DNA of 64,000 nt from Acidobacteriota bacterium (lineage in GTDB: Bacteria > Acidobacteriota > Thermoanaerobaculia > Gp7-AA8): contig JAJPHC010000051.1 in assembly GCA_021325515.1 (NCBI GenBank), positions 27,998 to 91,997 of the forward strand, read 5' to 3'. How positions within the stretch are numbered: position 1 is the first letter of the stretch; every line of letters starts with the position of its first letter. This document shows, one piece after another, positions 11,183 to 20,278 of the stretch. The position numbers and the translations under genes are program-made. The notes beneath the pieces were generated by a model, which did not search any database, was not told the origin of the DNA, and saw nothing but the letters and a program-made list of their open reading frames with translations.

Positions 11183-11773
11183 ATGATCGCCTATCTCCAC
11201 GGAACCCTCCGCCAGCTCGATGCCACGCGCGCGCTCCTCGTCTGCGCCGGCGTCGGATATGAAGTGCACATCTCGCTCGCGACGTACTACAAGCTCGAGG
11301 GGCGCAGTGAGGTCGAGCTCGAGATCTACACGCACGTTCGCGAAGACACGCTGTCGCTCTATGGCTTCGCCACGACGGAGGAGAAGTTCGCCTTCGAAAA
11401 ACTGATTTCGATCTCCGGCATCGGCCCGACGCTCGCGCAGAAGATTCTCTCCGGCATCGACGTCGCCGATCTCGCCGATGCGATCGCGCGCGACGACGTG
11501 CGCAAGCTCTCCTCCATCCCGGGAGTCGGCAAGAAGACGGCGGAGCGCGTCTGCCTCGAGTTGCGCGACAAACTGAAACTGACGGAAGGCACACAGGCAG
11601 CGCCGAGCACTTCCCGCCACGCGGTCGACGATGACGTTCACTCCGCCCTCGTCAACCTCGGCTACAAGCCGGCCGCGGCCGACGCCGCACTCGATGCCGC
11701 GCGCAAGCAGATCGGAAACGAGGCCGAGTTCTCAGCGCTCCTGAAAGCCGCATTGCGAACGCTGACGAAATAG
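11183..11773 (+). CDS. ruvA: Holliday junction branch-migration complex subunit RuvA
   Basis: 196 aa; MIAYLHGTL....GVGYEV N-terminal OB domain, tandem HhH (ISGIGPTLAQKIL / IPGVGKKTAERV), C-terminal domain III. Confidence 0.9.
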   Translation: MIAYLHGTLRQLDATRALLVCAGVGYEVHISLATYYKLEGRSEVELEIYTHVREDTLSLYGFATTEEKFAFEKLISISGIGPTLAQKILSGIDVADLADAIARDDVRKLSSIPGVGKKTAERVCLELRDKLKLTEGTQAAPSTSRHAVDDDVHSALVNLGYKPAAADAALDAARKQIGNEAEFSALLKAALRTLTK

Positions 11774-11884
11774 GCAACACGCAGCAGGCGGCTCATCCTG
11801 CTACCGGCGCCGCCGTGACTCTCCGCACGCACTCGCGTGCGATCCATCCTCGCCGCATTTCCCAAACAGATGCCTCTTATCGTC

Positions 11885-12658
11885 ATGAGCAGGATCTTCG
11901 AGCGCATTCTCGTTCCCACCGACATGAGCGATTTCGCTTCGCTGCCGATCGAGTACGCGCTCTGGTTCCAGCGGCGGCTCGGCTCACGCATCACCCTGCT
12001 GTACGCCGACGACGTGCGCATGCCGGTCGACTTCATGGAGTATCCGCTCGGCTACTACCTCGAGAACGCGCCCGATGCGAAGTCGCAGATTCAGCAGAAG
12101 CTGCGCGACCTGGCGCTGGAGAAATCGCCGGATGGCCGCATCGAAACGATCGTCGTCGACGATTCCGCCACGCGCGCGATCGTCGACGTCGCGCGGCGGA
12201 TGTGCGCCGATCTCATCATCATGGGCACGCACGGCCGGAGCGGTTTGCAGCGCGCACTCCTCGGTTCCGTCACCGAGAGCGTGCTGCGGAGCGCAGGTGG
12301 CCCGGTCCTCACGATCGCCCCGTCGCTCTTCGCCGGCAGCGAGGTCGGAATCGGTCGCGTGCTCGCCCCCGTGACGATGACCGCGCCCGCACAGGAGCTC
12401 GCCACGGCGCTCGGCGCGGAGCTCATGCTCATGGCAATCACCGACGACGACACGCCGGACCGGCTGCTGGCACTGGCCGGGCGGAGTGGAGCGGACCTCA
12501 TCATCACCGGCTCGATGAAACAGCTCTTGTCGCGGCGCGCGCCGTGCGCCGTGCTGACATTACCTCCGGCGTGGTCTTCCGTCACAACCGGAATCGTCGC
12601 GCATCACGGCATCAGTCATCAACGTTGGTCAGGATTCGGGCGTGGGAGGGTGCAATGA
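11885..12658 (+). CDS. universal stress protein (tandem UspA domains)
   Basis: Two Usp-like halves, each with the IIMGTHGRSG / LIITGS ATP-binding-like motif. Start could alternatively be 11837. Confidence 0.7.
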   Translation: MSRIFERILVPTDMSDFASLPIEYALWFQRRLGSRITLLYADDVRMPVDFMEYPLGYYLENAPDAKSQIQQKLRDLALEKSPDGRIETIVVDDSATRAIVDVARRMCADLIIMGTHGRSGLQRALLGSVTESVLRSAGGPVLTIAPSLFAGSEVGIGRVLAPVTMTAPAQELATALGAELMLMAITDDDTPDRLLALAGRSGADLIITGSMKQLLSRRAPCAVLTLPPAWSSVTTGIVAHHGISHQRWSGFGRGRVQ

Positions 12659-13308
12659 AGACTGACAAAGAACTGCAGCACGACGTCCTCGCCGAGCTCG
12701 AATGGGAACCAAGCCTCGACGCGTCGAAGATCGGCGTGACGGCGGATCATGGTGTGGTCGAGCTCACGGGAAGCGTGCGTACGTACTCCGAACGCTGGCA
12801 GGCCGAGTTCGTCGCGAAGCGCGTACTGGGCGTCGAAGCGGTCGCCAATGAAATCGAAGTGCGTGTGCCGGACCACATCACACCAGAGGATGCAGCGATT
12901 GCACAGCGCGCACTGAGCGCGCTCGACTGGAATGTCGCCGTCCCGAAAGGACGCGTGAAGCTGACGATCCAGCATGGCTGGATCACGCTCGAAGGCGAAG
13001 TCGAGTGGTATTACCAGAAGCGCGCCGCCGAAGACACCGTTCGCAATCTCCTCGGCGTCCGCGGAATCACGAACGCGATCGTCCTCCACCCGCGGCTGCG
13101 CGCCGGCGAGGTGAAGGAGAAGATCGAAGCGGCGCTTCGCCGCAACGCGGAGATCGATGCGAAGCACATCTCCGTCGAAGCGCGCGAGGGAACGATCGTG
13201 TTGCGCGGCGACGTCCGCTCATGGGCCGAGCATGAAGATGCGATCCATGCCGCATGGTCGGCGCCGGGTGTGATTCACGTCGAGGATCACATCTCGATCA
13301 GACCGTAG
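12655..13308 (+). CDS. BON-domain protein (OsmY-like, three BON repeats)
   Basis: ATG at 12655 after gggaggg. Repeats of the BON pattern (V.V....V.L.G.V.....K...A) occur three times. Confidence 0.7.
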   Translation: MKTDKELQHDVLAELEWEPSLDASKIGVTADHGVVELTGSVRTYSERWQAEFVAKRVLGVEAVANEIEVRVPDHITPEDAAIAQRALSALDWNVAVPKGRVKLTIQHGWITLEGEVEWYYQKRAAEDTVRNLLGVRGITNAIVLHPRLRAGEVKEKIEAALRRNAEIDAKHISVEAREGTIVLRGDVRSWAEHEDAIHAAWSAPGVIHVEDHISIRP

Positions 13309-13319
13309 GCGATCGCGGA

Positions 13320-13712
13320 CTACGCCTTCTTCCGCAGCGCGTTGTCGACGCTCCAGATTCCTCCGCCGTGTGCGGCAACGAACAGCCAGAGGAAGCAGTA
13401 GAGGACTGCCAGCTCTCCGCCGTTCGCAATCGGAAAAAATCCCTTCGGGAAATGCACCATGAAGTAGGCGACGGCCATCTCGCCGCTCGCCAGGAATGCG
13501 GCGATGCCCGTCATGAGACCGATTGCGATCAGACCGCCGCAGACGAGCTCGATGACTCCCCCGGCCCCCGGTAGCGATGCGATCGGCGGATGCATTTTGC
13601 CCGGAGGGAAATTCAACAACTTCTGAGTGCCGTGCATCGCGAAGAGCACGCCGCTGATGATCCGCAGAATCGCGAAGCACTGCGCTGCGTAGCGGCCGAT
13701 GAATGTCTGCAT
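13320..13712 (-). CDS. DoxX family membrane protein
   Basis: 130 aa, four predicted TM segments; N-terminal ...FAILRIISGVLFAMHGTQKLL is typical of DoxX. Confidence 0.75.
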   Translation of the reverse strand: MQTFIGRYAAQCFAILRIISGVLFAMHGTQKLLNFPPGKMHPPIASLPGAGGVIELVCGGLIAIGLMTGIAAFLASGEMAVAYFMVHFPKGFFPIANGGELAVLYCFLWLFVAAHGGGIWSVDNALRKKA

Positions 13713-13858
13713 ACAACCTCCAACGACAGAGGTCGATGCAAGAAATAGTCAACGTCATGGCGAGGTCAGCCGCGATTTCAGGTCTGGCTCTTGAATTACA
13801 GACTCGCCGCGGGAGGACAACTCCCTAAATGCAACCAGGAATCTTGGAGGAACTTTTC

Positions 13859-14392
13859 ATGAACGGAACGAGAAAATCGATTCTCTCCCTGTTCGCCGCG
13901 CTTTCGCTCGTATTCGGTCTTGCTGCCTGCAAGTCCAGCTCGACGGACACCACGACCACCACCTCGACCACAGTCGCCAGCGCACCCGTGCCGGCCGGCG
14001 GCGACAACATCGTTCGGCAGAACTCGAACGAAGACGGCGCGATGGCGACTAGCAACGCCCGCGTAGGCGGACGCGAGAACTATCAGCAGGCTGCACCCGA
14101 CACCAGCTATGCGGGCTCGGGCATGGCCACGGCGCGCCAGTCGACCACGACGACGACCACTTACACGACGCCGGTCAACACCGCTTCGACGTCGACGGTC
14201 GTTCAGCCGAACACCACGACGACCGTGACCACGCCGGCAGTCGTTGAGACGCCGTCGACCACGGCCGAAACGACGACTACGACGACCACGACGCCCATGA
14301 CCAGCTCCACGCAGGAAACGACGAGCACCACGACGACGGAAACACCGTCCACGACCACGACGACCTCGCACCGCCGCATGCACAAGGAGTAA
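13859..14392 (+). CDS. Thr-rich low-complexity lipoprotein (mucin-like)
   Basis: MNGTRKSILSLFAALSLVFGLAAC lipobox signal, then long poly-Thr/Ser tracts (TTTTTSTTV, TTTTTTTTPM...). Confidence 0.55.
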   Translation: MNGTRKSILSLFAALSLVFGLAACKSSSTDTTTTTSTTVASAPVPAGGDNIVRQNSNEDGAMATSNARVGGRENYQQAAPDTSYAGSGMATARQSTTTTTTYTTPVNTASTSTVVQPNTTTTVTTPAVVETPSTTAETTTTTTTTPMTSSTQETTSTTTTETPSTTTTTSHRRMHKE

Positions 14393-14410
14393 CAGCGCTC
14401 CTCATCCGAA

Positions 14411-14435
14411 CGAAGGGCCGGCAATCGGCCCTTCG
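14411..14435 (+). terminator. stem-loop downstream of lipoprotein gene (cgaagggccg-gcaat-cggcccttcg)
   Basis: Perfect 10-bp GC-rich stem with 5-nt loop directly after the stop at 14392; no strong T-tract. Confidence 0.4.
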
Positions 14436-14445
14436 TCACACTCTC

Positions 14446-15399
14446 ATGCGCCGCGTTCTTCTCCTCGCCTCGCTCTTCGTCGCGCTCGGATCGCAGGCGA
14501 TCACGCCGACGGAGTACCTCCTCGCGAAGGCCTGGCCCTTCGACGCGGCGGCGAAGGTGAATGACATCGGGCGCGGCGTCGCCGTCGTTTTCAGTCCCGA
14601 TCTCTCCGTCCCGGGCAATTGCCGTTTCTATCAATCGCTCGGCTTCGCCTGTTACGAAGAGACCGACTGGGATGTCGTCCTCGGCGGGATCCGCACGTAC
14701 AACATTCTCTACCCCGAGCGCGCGATCCGCACCGTCGTCCTCGAAACGCACGGCACCAACGGCAACGGACTGAAGCTGCAGGAAAGCTACGAGCCGGAGG
14801 CGGATCGGTCGTACATCTCCGTCGGCGCTCTGCAGGAGCGTCTGGAGCCCGACGGCGTGCGCTACATCATCATCAGCGCGTGCAACTCACGCCGTCTGCT
14901 GCGGCCGGCGATCTACAACAAGCTCGATCCCTTCAACGGCGACAAGCTCTTTCTTCCGGCGACGCTCGGCATCATCAACGCGAGCCCGTCGTTCGACCCG
15001 AGCCGCAGCCGGATCGTGGTCGCCACACCGTCGGCGAGCCACATCGAGTCGACGCTCGCCGCATCGGTGCGCGAACTGAGTCCGACCGCGCGGCGCGCGC
15101 TCACCGTCTCGGCCCGCGCGCTTTCGATCGAGCCTCCCCGCGATTTCGCCGTCTCCGAATTGTTCATGCAGATGATGCTGCGCTCTTCGTCGCTGCAACT
15201 CGTCACCGGAGAGTCCGTCGACGATCTCTCGCGCGACATGGCTCCCGAGGCGACGGGGGAAGCGCTTCTGCGCGCATTCATCAAACGCATCAATCAGCTC
15301 GCCTGGCGCGACTTCGCACCGAAGAAGAAGCAGGCCAAAGCGCCGGTCGTCGCCCGTCACGGCGGAGGCGGCGGAAGAGTTGCCGCGGCGTCACACTGA
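14446..15399 (+). CDS. hypothetical secreted protein
   Basis: 317 aa with signal peptide MRRVLLLASLFVALGSQA; no recognisable family motif. Confidence 0.5.
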   Translation: MRRVLLLASLFVALGSQAITPTEYLLAKAWPFDAAAKVNDIGRGVAVVFSPDLSVPGNCRFYQSLGFACYEETDWDVVLGGIRTYNILYPERAIRTVVLETHGTNGNGLKLQESYEPEADRSYISVGALQERLEPDGVRYIIISACNSRRLLRPAIYNKLDPFNGDKLFLPATLGIINASPSFDPSRSRIVVATPSASHIESTLAASVRELSPTARRALTVSARALSIEPPRDFAVSELFMQMMLRSSSLQLVTGESVDDLSRDMAPEATGEALLRAFIKRINQLAWRDFAPKKKQAKAPVVARHGGGGGRVAAASH

Positions 15400-15428
15400 C
15401 GGCCGCGAGTCGGGTTAGACTCCCGCGC

Positions 15429-15926
15429 ATGAAACTGGCCGATCTGCTCCTGACGGAACTCGACCGCGAGATGAAGACGACGCGCAGGCTCGTCGAGCGC
15501 ACACCCGAAGACAAGTGGGATTTCAAGCCGCACGCGAAATCGAATTCACTCGCATGGCTCGTCAATCACGTCGTCTCTCTCGTCCGCTTTCCGAAGTTCA
15601 TCGCCGAAGGCGACGGAGTCGATCTCACGAAGTTCCCTCGACCCGTGGAACTGCGCACGCGCCGCGAGCTCCTCGAACTGCTCGACTCCAACATCGCGCA
15701 GGCGCGCGAAGCGATCGCTGCCGTGTCAGACGAGGCGATGACGCAGACCTGGACCCTCAGGATGGGTGAGCACGTGATCTTTTCCGAACAGCGATTCATG
15801 GTCTTCCGCACCTTCTTCATGAATCACCACATCCACCACCGCGCGCAGCTCGCCGTCTACTTCCGCCTCAACGACATTCCGCTCCCCGCGATGTACGGCC
15901 CCACCGCCGACGAACCGTTAAGTTGA
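15429..15926 (+). CDS. DinB/YfiT-like (DinB_2 superfamily) protein
   Basis: 165 aa from the internal ATG. DinB-family four-helix-bundle pattern with conserved His (..NHHIHHRAQL..). The ORF-track frame 14619-15428 is an upstream artefact. Stop TGA lies inside the 42-bp repeat. Confidence 0.65.
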   Translation: MKLADLLLTELDREMKTTRRLVERTPEDKWDFKPHAKSNSLAWLVNHVVSLVRFPKFIAEGDGVDLTKFPRPVELRTRRELLELLDSNIAQAREAIAAVSDEAMTQTWTLRMGEHVIFSEQRFMVFRTFFMNHHIHHRAQLAVYFRLNDIPLPAMYGPTADEPLS

Positions 15927-15959
15927 GTTTCGGGGGTCACACCTGGAAAATCAACTTAA
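15918..15959. repeat. 42-bp palindromic element family 1, copy A (TTAAGTTGAGTTTCG-GGGGTCACACCT-GGAAAATCAACTTAA)
   Basis: 14-bp terminal inverted repeats TTAAGTTGRTTTTC / GAAAAYCAACTTAA around a 13-nt core. It supplies the TGA stop of the upstream gene and ends 3 nt before the ATG of the macro gene. Confidence 0.9.
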
Positions 15960-15962
15960 CGG

Positions 15963-16460
15963 ATGCGAGTCTCCATCTTCGTCGGCGACATCGCCGGTGC
16001 ACCGGCCGACGCGCTCTGCACATCGACGAATCCCCGGCTCTCGTTGATGATGGGCACCGGCGCGAGCATTCGCGAGAAAGGCGGGTGGGACGTTCTCCGC
16101 GCGTGCGAGGCGCACGTCAAACAGCAGCCGCTGCGCGCGGGATCGGCAGTGCGGACCACCGCCGGGGCGCTGCCCTGCAAGGCGATCATCCACTGCGTCG
16201 CGAGCAATGAAGCGCACCTGACATCGCCCGCGATCATTCAGGCCTGCGTGAAGAACGCGCTGCAGCTCGCGCGCGAAGCGGATTGCAGGAGCGTGGCGAT
16301 GCCTGTATTCGGCACCGGCCACGCTCGCTTCAAATTCGATCAGGCCCTGATCGCCATCCGTGACGCACTCTCCTCCGCTCCCGAAGGAATCGAGGAAGTG
16401 CTGGTCGTCATCTACGATCCCGCGCGGGCAGAAGAGGCCGAACGCCTCCTGTTAAGTTGA
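15963..16460 (+). CDS. macro domain protein (ADP-ribose-binding / ADP-ribosyl hydrolase-like)
   Basis: 165 aa. IFVGDIAGAPADALCTSTNPRLSLMMGTGASI, AGALPCKAIIHCV and SVAMPVFGTGHARF follow the macro-domain NAAN..GGG / G.P.K.VIH / S.A.P.I.TG..G pattern. Confidence 0.7.
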   Translation: MRVSIFVGDIAGAPADALCTSTNPRLSLMMGTGASIREKGGWDVLRACEAHVKQQPLRAGSAVRTTAGALPCKAIIHCVASNEAHLTSPAIIQACVKNALQLAREADCRSVAMPVFGTGHARFKFDQALIAIRDALSSAPEGIEEVLVVIYDPARAEEAERLLLS

Positions 16461-16493
16461 TTTTCCAGGTGTGACCCCCGAAAACCAACTTAA
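16452..16493. repeat. 42-bp palindromic element family 1, copy B (opposite core orientation to copy A)
   Basis: TTAAGTTGATTTTCC-AGGTGTGACCCCC-GAAAACCAACTTAA. It contains the TGA stop of the macro gene at its left end and the TAA stop (rc of 16490-16492) of the minus-strand DUF3011 gene at its right end. Confidence 0.9.
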
Positions 16494-17158
16494 GGGGTGC
16501 CGAGGGCGAACTCGGCGCGGCAGCCTTCGGTGACCCAGATGCCTCGGCTGTCAAAGCCCCACGTGCGGTTCATGATGCACGAGTCTTTGCTCAACTGGCG
16601 CGATACCTGGACGCCGAAACGCGTGTCGGCCTTACACCGGTGCCGCACGTTGTTGATCGACTCACAGACGACCGTGCCGTGATAGTTCGACGCGCTCGTC
16701 ATCGGACGCGCGCCGGTGATGAACTCCGCGCGGCAGCCGTTGTCGACCCACACTCCGCGGCTGTCATAGCCCCACGACTTTCCTTCCACGCAACTGCTCT
16801 TGCTCAACTGCCTGCTGATCTGCACGCCATAGCGGGTATCGGCATCGCAGTGATGCCGTTTGCCGCCCGACTCACAAACGACTGCACTCGTCATCGGCGC
16901 GGAGGATGCGTTGTAAGGCGAGACGAGAAAATCAGCGCGGCACCCGTTGTCGACCCAGATCGTGTTGCCGCTGGAGCCCCACGTCTTTCCCTGCACGCAG
17001 GCGCTCTTGCTGAGCTGGCGCAACAGCGTCACCGTGCCTGTTCCTGTAAACCCGCAGCGTTCGATTCTGCCGCCCGACTCGCAGCGGACGCTAACGTCCT
17101 CCGCGAACAGCGGCGCAGCACACAGCGCGACCGCCACAACCAGACAGAGCTTTTTCAT
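16490..17158 (-). CDS. secreted DUF3011-repeat protein (three Cys-containing repeats)
   Basis: Start MKKLCLVVAVALCAAPLFA (rc ATG at 17156-17158, GGAGG 5 nt upstream). Three repeats of CESGG..RH.C.....V..RQLSK..C..GKSWG....GVWVDNGCRAEF. The N-terminal 537-aa extension in the ORF track is an artefact. Confidence 0.65.
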   Translation of the reverse strand: MKKLCLVVAVALCAAPLFAEDVSVRCESGGRIERCGFTGTGTVTLLRQLSKSACVQGKTWGSSGNTIWVDNGCRADFLVSPYNASSAPMTSAVVCESGGKRHHCDADTRYGVQISRQLSKSSCVEGKSWGYDSRGVWVDNGCRAEFITGARPMTSASNYHGTVVCESINNVRHRCKADTRFGVQVSRQLSKDSCIMNRTWGFDSRGIWVTEGCRAEFALGTP

Positions 17159-17233
17159 TTGCAACCTCCGCCACACTGCGATGCTCAGAACTTGCCACAT
17201 CGCAGCGGGGGTCGAAGCTTTATCATCGCCACG

Positions 17234-19513
17234 ATGGACGAGCGCATCGGCCCCTACCGCATTCTCCGAAAGCTCGGCGAAGGCGGAATGGGCGTGGTCT
17301 ACGCGGCCGAGGACGAGAGGCTGCGCAGAACGGTCGCGATCAAGACGATTCGGGAAGCAGGCGATTCGACGGCGCGCGAGCGATTTTTTCGCGAGGCGCG
17401 CGCCGCCGCGAGCCTCACCCATCCGAACGTCTGCCAGATCTTCGATATCGGCGACGAAGCAGGCCGCCCTTTTCTCGTGATGGAGCTGCTCGACGGCGAG
17501 CCGCTCTCCTCCCGCATCAGCAGAGGCGCGCTTCCCCTCGGCGACTCCGTGCAGATCACGCTCGCGATTCTCACCGCTCTCGACGCGCTGCATGCGCGAG
17601 GCTTCATCCATCGCGATCTGAAACCGTCGAACGTCTTCCTCACCCCGGGCGGAGTGAAACTGCTCGACTTCGGCCTCGCGCGCGAGATGCATCCCGCGAC
17701 TCTCTCCGCGAACGACACGACGCTGCGTCCCGGCGAAGAGACTCCGCCGCTGACCCTGTCGGGGATGATCGTCGGCACGCCGCGCTACATGGCCCCCGAG
17801 CAACTGCTCAACACGCCGGTCGACGCGCGCACCGACCTCTTCGCCGCCGGCGCGCTGCTGTTCGAGATGCTCAGCGGCCACGCCGCATTCAACGAAGAAA
17901 ACACCATGCGGCTCTTTCACGCGATCTGCTACGAGGCGGCGCCGACGCTCGCCGGCTCGGCCGCGATCTCCGCCGTGAATCGCATCGTGCATCGCGCGCT
18001 GGCCAAGCGCAGCGACGAGCGCTATCAGTCGGCGCACGCCATGGCCAGCGATCTCCGCGAAGTGATGATGATCTCCGACGCCGCATCGCCGGTCGTCGCG
18101 CATCGCGTCACGCGCCTCATCGTCCTGCCGCTGCGCATGCTGCGCCCCGACCCGGAGATCGACTTTCTCGCGCAGGCGATCCCCGAGGGGGTGACGACGT
18201 CGCTGGCGGGAATCGGAACGCTGATCGTCCGTTCACCGATGACGGCATCGAAGATCGACACGAGCGACCTGAAGGCGCTGGCGACGCAGGCCGATGTCGA
18301 CGTCGCGCTCACCGGCACGCTGCTGCGCGCCAGTGAACAGATCCGGATGACGTCGCAGCTTCTCGAAGTTCCGGGCGGTACGGTGCTCTGGTCGCAGACG
18401 TCGCAGGCCACGATGTCGGACATCTTCGCGCTGCAGGACACGCTGACGCAGCGCATCGTCTCCTCGCTCGAGTTGCCGCTCACCGAGCGCGAGGCGCGGC
18501 TCGTGCGCGGCGATGTTCCAGCCAACTCGCGCGCGCACGAGTTCTATCTGCGCGCCGGGCAGCAGGGCGAATCGCCGGAGGGGTGGGCCATCGCGCGCGA
18601 TCTCTATCGCCGCGCGCTCGACGAAGATCCCCGCTACGCACTCGCCTGGGCGCGCGTCGCCCGCATTCATCTGCTGCTCGGAAAATACGCCGGCGACACG
18701 GCGAAGGAATACGAGCTCGCGGAATCGTCGGCGCGCCATGCGCTGGAGCTCAGTCCCGATCTGCCGCTCGGTCATCTCGCCGCGGCGATGATCGAGGTCT
18801 GCACCGGCCGCGCGCGCCAGGCGACGATGCGCCTGCTCGATCGCGTGCAGCGCGGCACGAATGATCCCGCCGTCTTCTCCGGCCTCGTGATGTCGCTCCG
18901 CTACTGCGGTCTGCTCGAGACGTCGATCACCGCCTACGAGCAGGCACACGAGCTCGACCCGAACATCTCGACCAGCGTGTCGCATTCGTACTGGATGGCG
19001 GGCCGCTACGAGGAAGCGTTGAAGACAGTTGATCGCGATCGCGACTTCGGCGCGGATGAAGCGCTCGTCCTCGATTCGATGGGACGCTATGAGGAGGCGC
19101 TGGCGATGTTCGCCGAGCGCAGAGAGCGGCTCGTGCGAAACGGCGCGCTGCCGACAAGTGCCGCGTTTCAGGTGCTGCAGGGCTTCGAGAGGTTTCTGCG
19201 CGGTGACCGGCGCGCGCTGGAGAGCCTCAGCACGTTCCGCAATTTCCCCGACCCCGAAGGGCGGTACTACATCGCCCGCGGCATGGTGCGAATTCAGGAG
19301 CTCGACATGGCGATCGAGATGCTCGAGGAAGCGGAGCGCGACGGCTTCTTCTGCTATCCGGTCTTCGCGCACGACCCCTGGCTCGATCCGCTGCGGCCCA
19401 ATCCCAGATTCATCGCGATGCTCAAGCGCGCCGAGGAGAAGATGCGTGAGGCGCAGCGCGCCTTCGATGCACATCCCGGAAGCAGAGTGCTCGTCGTAGG
19501 AGGAAGAAGTTGA
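17234..19513 (+). CDS. eukaryotic-like Ser/Thr protein kinase with C-terminal TPR-like domain
   Basis: ATG at 17234. GEGGMGVVY (G-loop), AIK (VAIK-like Lys), HRDLKPSN (catalytic loop), DFG, APE; C-terminal alpha-helical TPR-like region. The ORF-track start at 16640 is an upstream artefact. Confidence 0.8.
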   Translation: MDERIGPYRILRKLGEGGMGVVYAAEDERLRRTVAIKTIREAGDSTARERFFREARAAASLTHPNVCQIFDIGDEAGRPFLVMELLDGEPLSSRISRGALPLGDSVQITLAILTALDALHARGFIHRDLKPSNVFLTPGGVKLLDFGLAREMHPATLSANDTTLRPGEETPPLTLSGMIVGTPRYMAPEQLLNTPVDARTDLFAAGALLFEMLSGHAAFNEENTMRLFHAICYEAAPTLAGSAAISAVNRIVHRALAKRSDERYQSAHAMASDLREVMMISDAASPVVAHRVTRLIVLPLRMLRPDPEIDFLAQAIPEGVTTSLAGIGTLIVRSPMTASKIDTSDLKALATQADVDVALTGTLLRASEQIRMTSQLLEVPGGTVLWSQTSQATMSDIFALQDTLTQRIVSSLELPLTEREARLVRGDVPANSRAHEFYLRAGQQGESPEGWAIARDLYRRALDEDPRYALAWARVARIHLLLGKYAGDTAKEYELAESSARHALELSPDLPLGHLAAAMIEVCTGRARQATMRLLDRVQRGTNDPAVFSGLVMSLRYCGLLETSITAYEQAHELDPNISTSVSHSYWMAGRYEEALKTVDRDRDFGADEALVLDSMGRYEEALAMFAERRERLVRNGALPTSAAFQVLQGFERFLRGDRRALESLSTFRNFPDPEGRYYIARGMVRIQELDMAIEMLEEAERDGFFCYPVFAHDPWLDPLRPNPRFIAMLKRAEEKMREAQRAFDAHPGSRVLVVGGRS

Positions 19514-20226
19514 TCGAACGAAGTAAAGAACATGGAATCGTGACGCTGCGCCTCGCCCACGGCAAGGCGAGCGCGATGGACGTCGAATTGCTGGAGGCGA
19601 TGAATCGCGAGCTCGATGCCGCCGCCGTGAACGCGAAAGCGGTCATTCTCACGGGAACGGGATCGATTTTCTCCGCGGGCGTCGACCTCTTCCGACTCAC
19701 CAGCGAAGGAGTGCCGTACGTCGAACGATTCTTCCCTCTGCTCAGCGAGATGATCAGGAAGATCTATGAGCTGCCCGTGCCGGTGGTCGCCGCAGCGAAC
19801 GGCCACGCGATCGCCGGCGGGTGCATCCTCGTGTTAGCCTCCGACTATCGCCTGATGGCCGCGGGGAACGGGCGGATCGGAGTGGCGGAGCTGCTGGTCG
19901 GCGTGCCCTTCCCAGAATCGGCGCTGCGCGTCGTGCAGTTCGCCGTGCCGAATGCGCCGCGCTACGTGCTCACCGGAAAGACGCTGCTGCCTCAGGAGGC
20001 GCTGGCCGCCGGCATGATCGACGAGGTCGTCGAGCCTAACCAGTTGATGCAGCGGGCCGCGGAGATGGCCACGCAGCTCGGTGCGATTCCACGCGAGTCC
20101 TTCCGCTTGACCAAGCGCCAGCTTCGCGGCCTCGGAGCCGACGACAAGGCCGCGCTCGCGGTCTGGAGCGAGCCCGCGATCCACGATGGCATCCGGGCCT
20201 ACCTCGCAAAGACCGTGAAGAAATAG
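19510..20226 (+). CDS. enoyl-CoA hydratase/isomerase (crotonase) family protein
   Basis: 238 aa. VILTGTGSIFSAGVDL and AAANGHAIAGGCIL match the crotonase oxyanion-hole motifs. Confidence 0.8.
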   Translation: MIERSKEHGIVTLRLAHGKASAMDVELLEAMNRELDAAAVNAKAVILTGTGSIFSAGVDLFRLTSEGVPYVERFFPLLSEMIRKIYELPVPVVAAANGHAIAGGCILVLASDYRLMAAGNGRIGVAELLVGVPFPESALRVVQFAVPNAPRYVLTGKTLLPQEALAAGMIDEVVEPNQLMQRAAEMATQLGAIPRESFRLTKRQLRGLGADDKAALAVWSEPAIHDGIRAYLAKTVKK

Positions 20227-20232
20227 ACGTCC

Positions 20233-20259
20233 CCCTCGCCCCGCTCCGCGGGGAGAGGG
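20233..20259 (+). terminator. GC-rich stem-loop (CCCTCGCCCCGC-tcc-GCGGGGAGAGGG)
   Basis: 12-bp stem with one mismatch immediately after the stop at 20226. Related hairpins at 45913-45940 and about 25838-25866. Confidence 0.4.
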
Positions 20260-20278
20260 GCCATGGGCAAGGGACAAC

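Noticed and set aside
14619-15428. Upstream extension of the 435-aa ORF ending at 15926
   Set aside because: It overlaps the well-supported secreted-protein gene 14446-15399 in another frame. The DinB-like domain begins at the internal ATG 15429.
16640-17233. N-terminal about 200 aa of the 957-aa ORF preceding the kinase domain
   Set aside because: This part is antisense to the DUF3011 gene and lacks any motif. The kinase has its own ATG (17234) matching the family N-terminus, directly after a divergent promoter gap.
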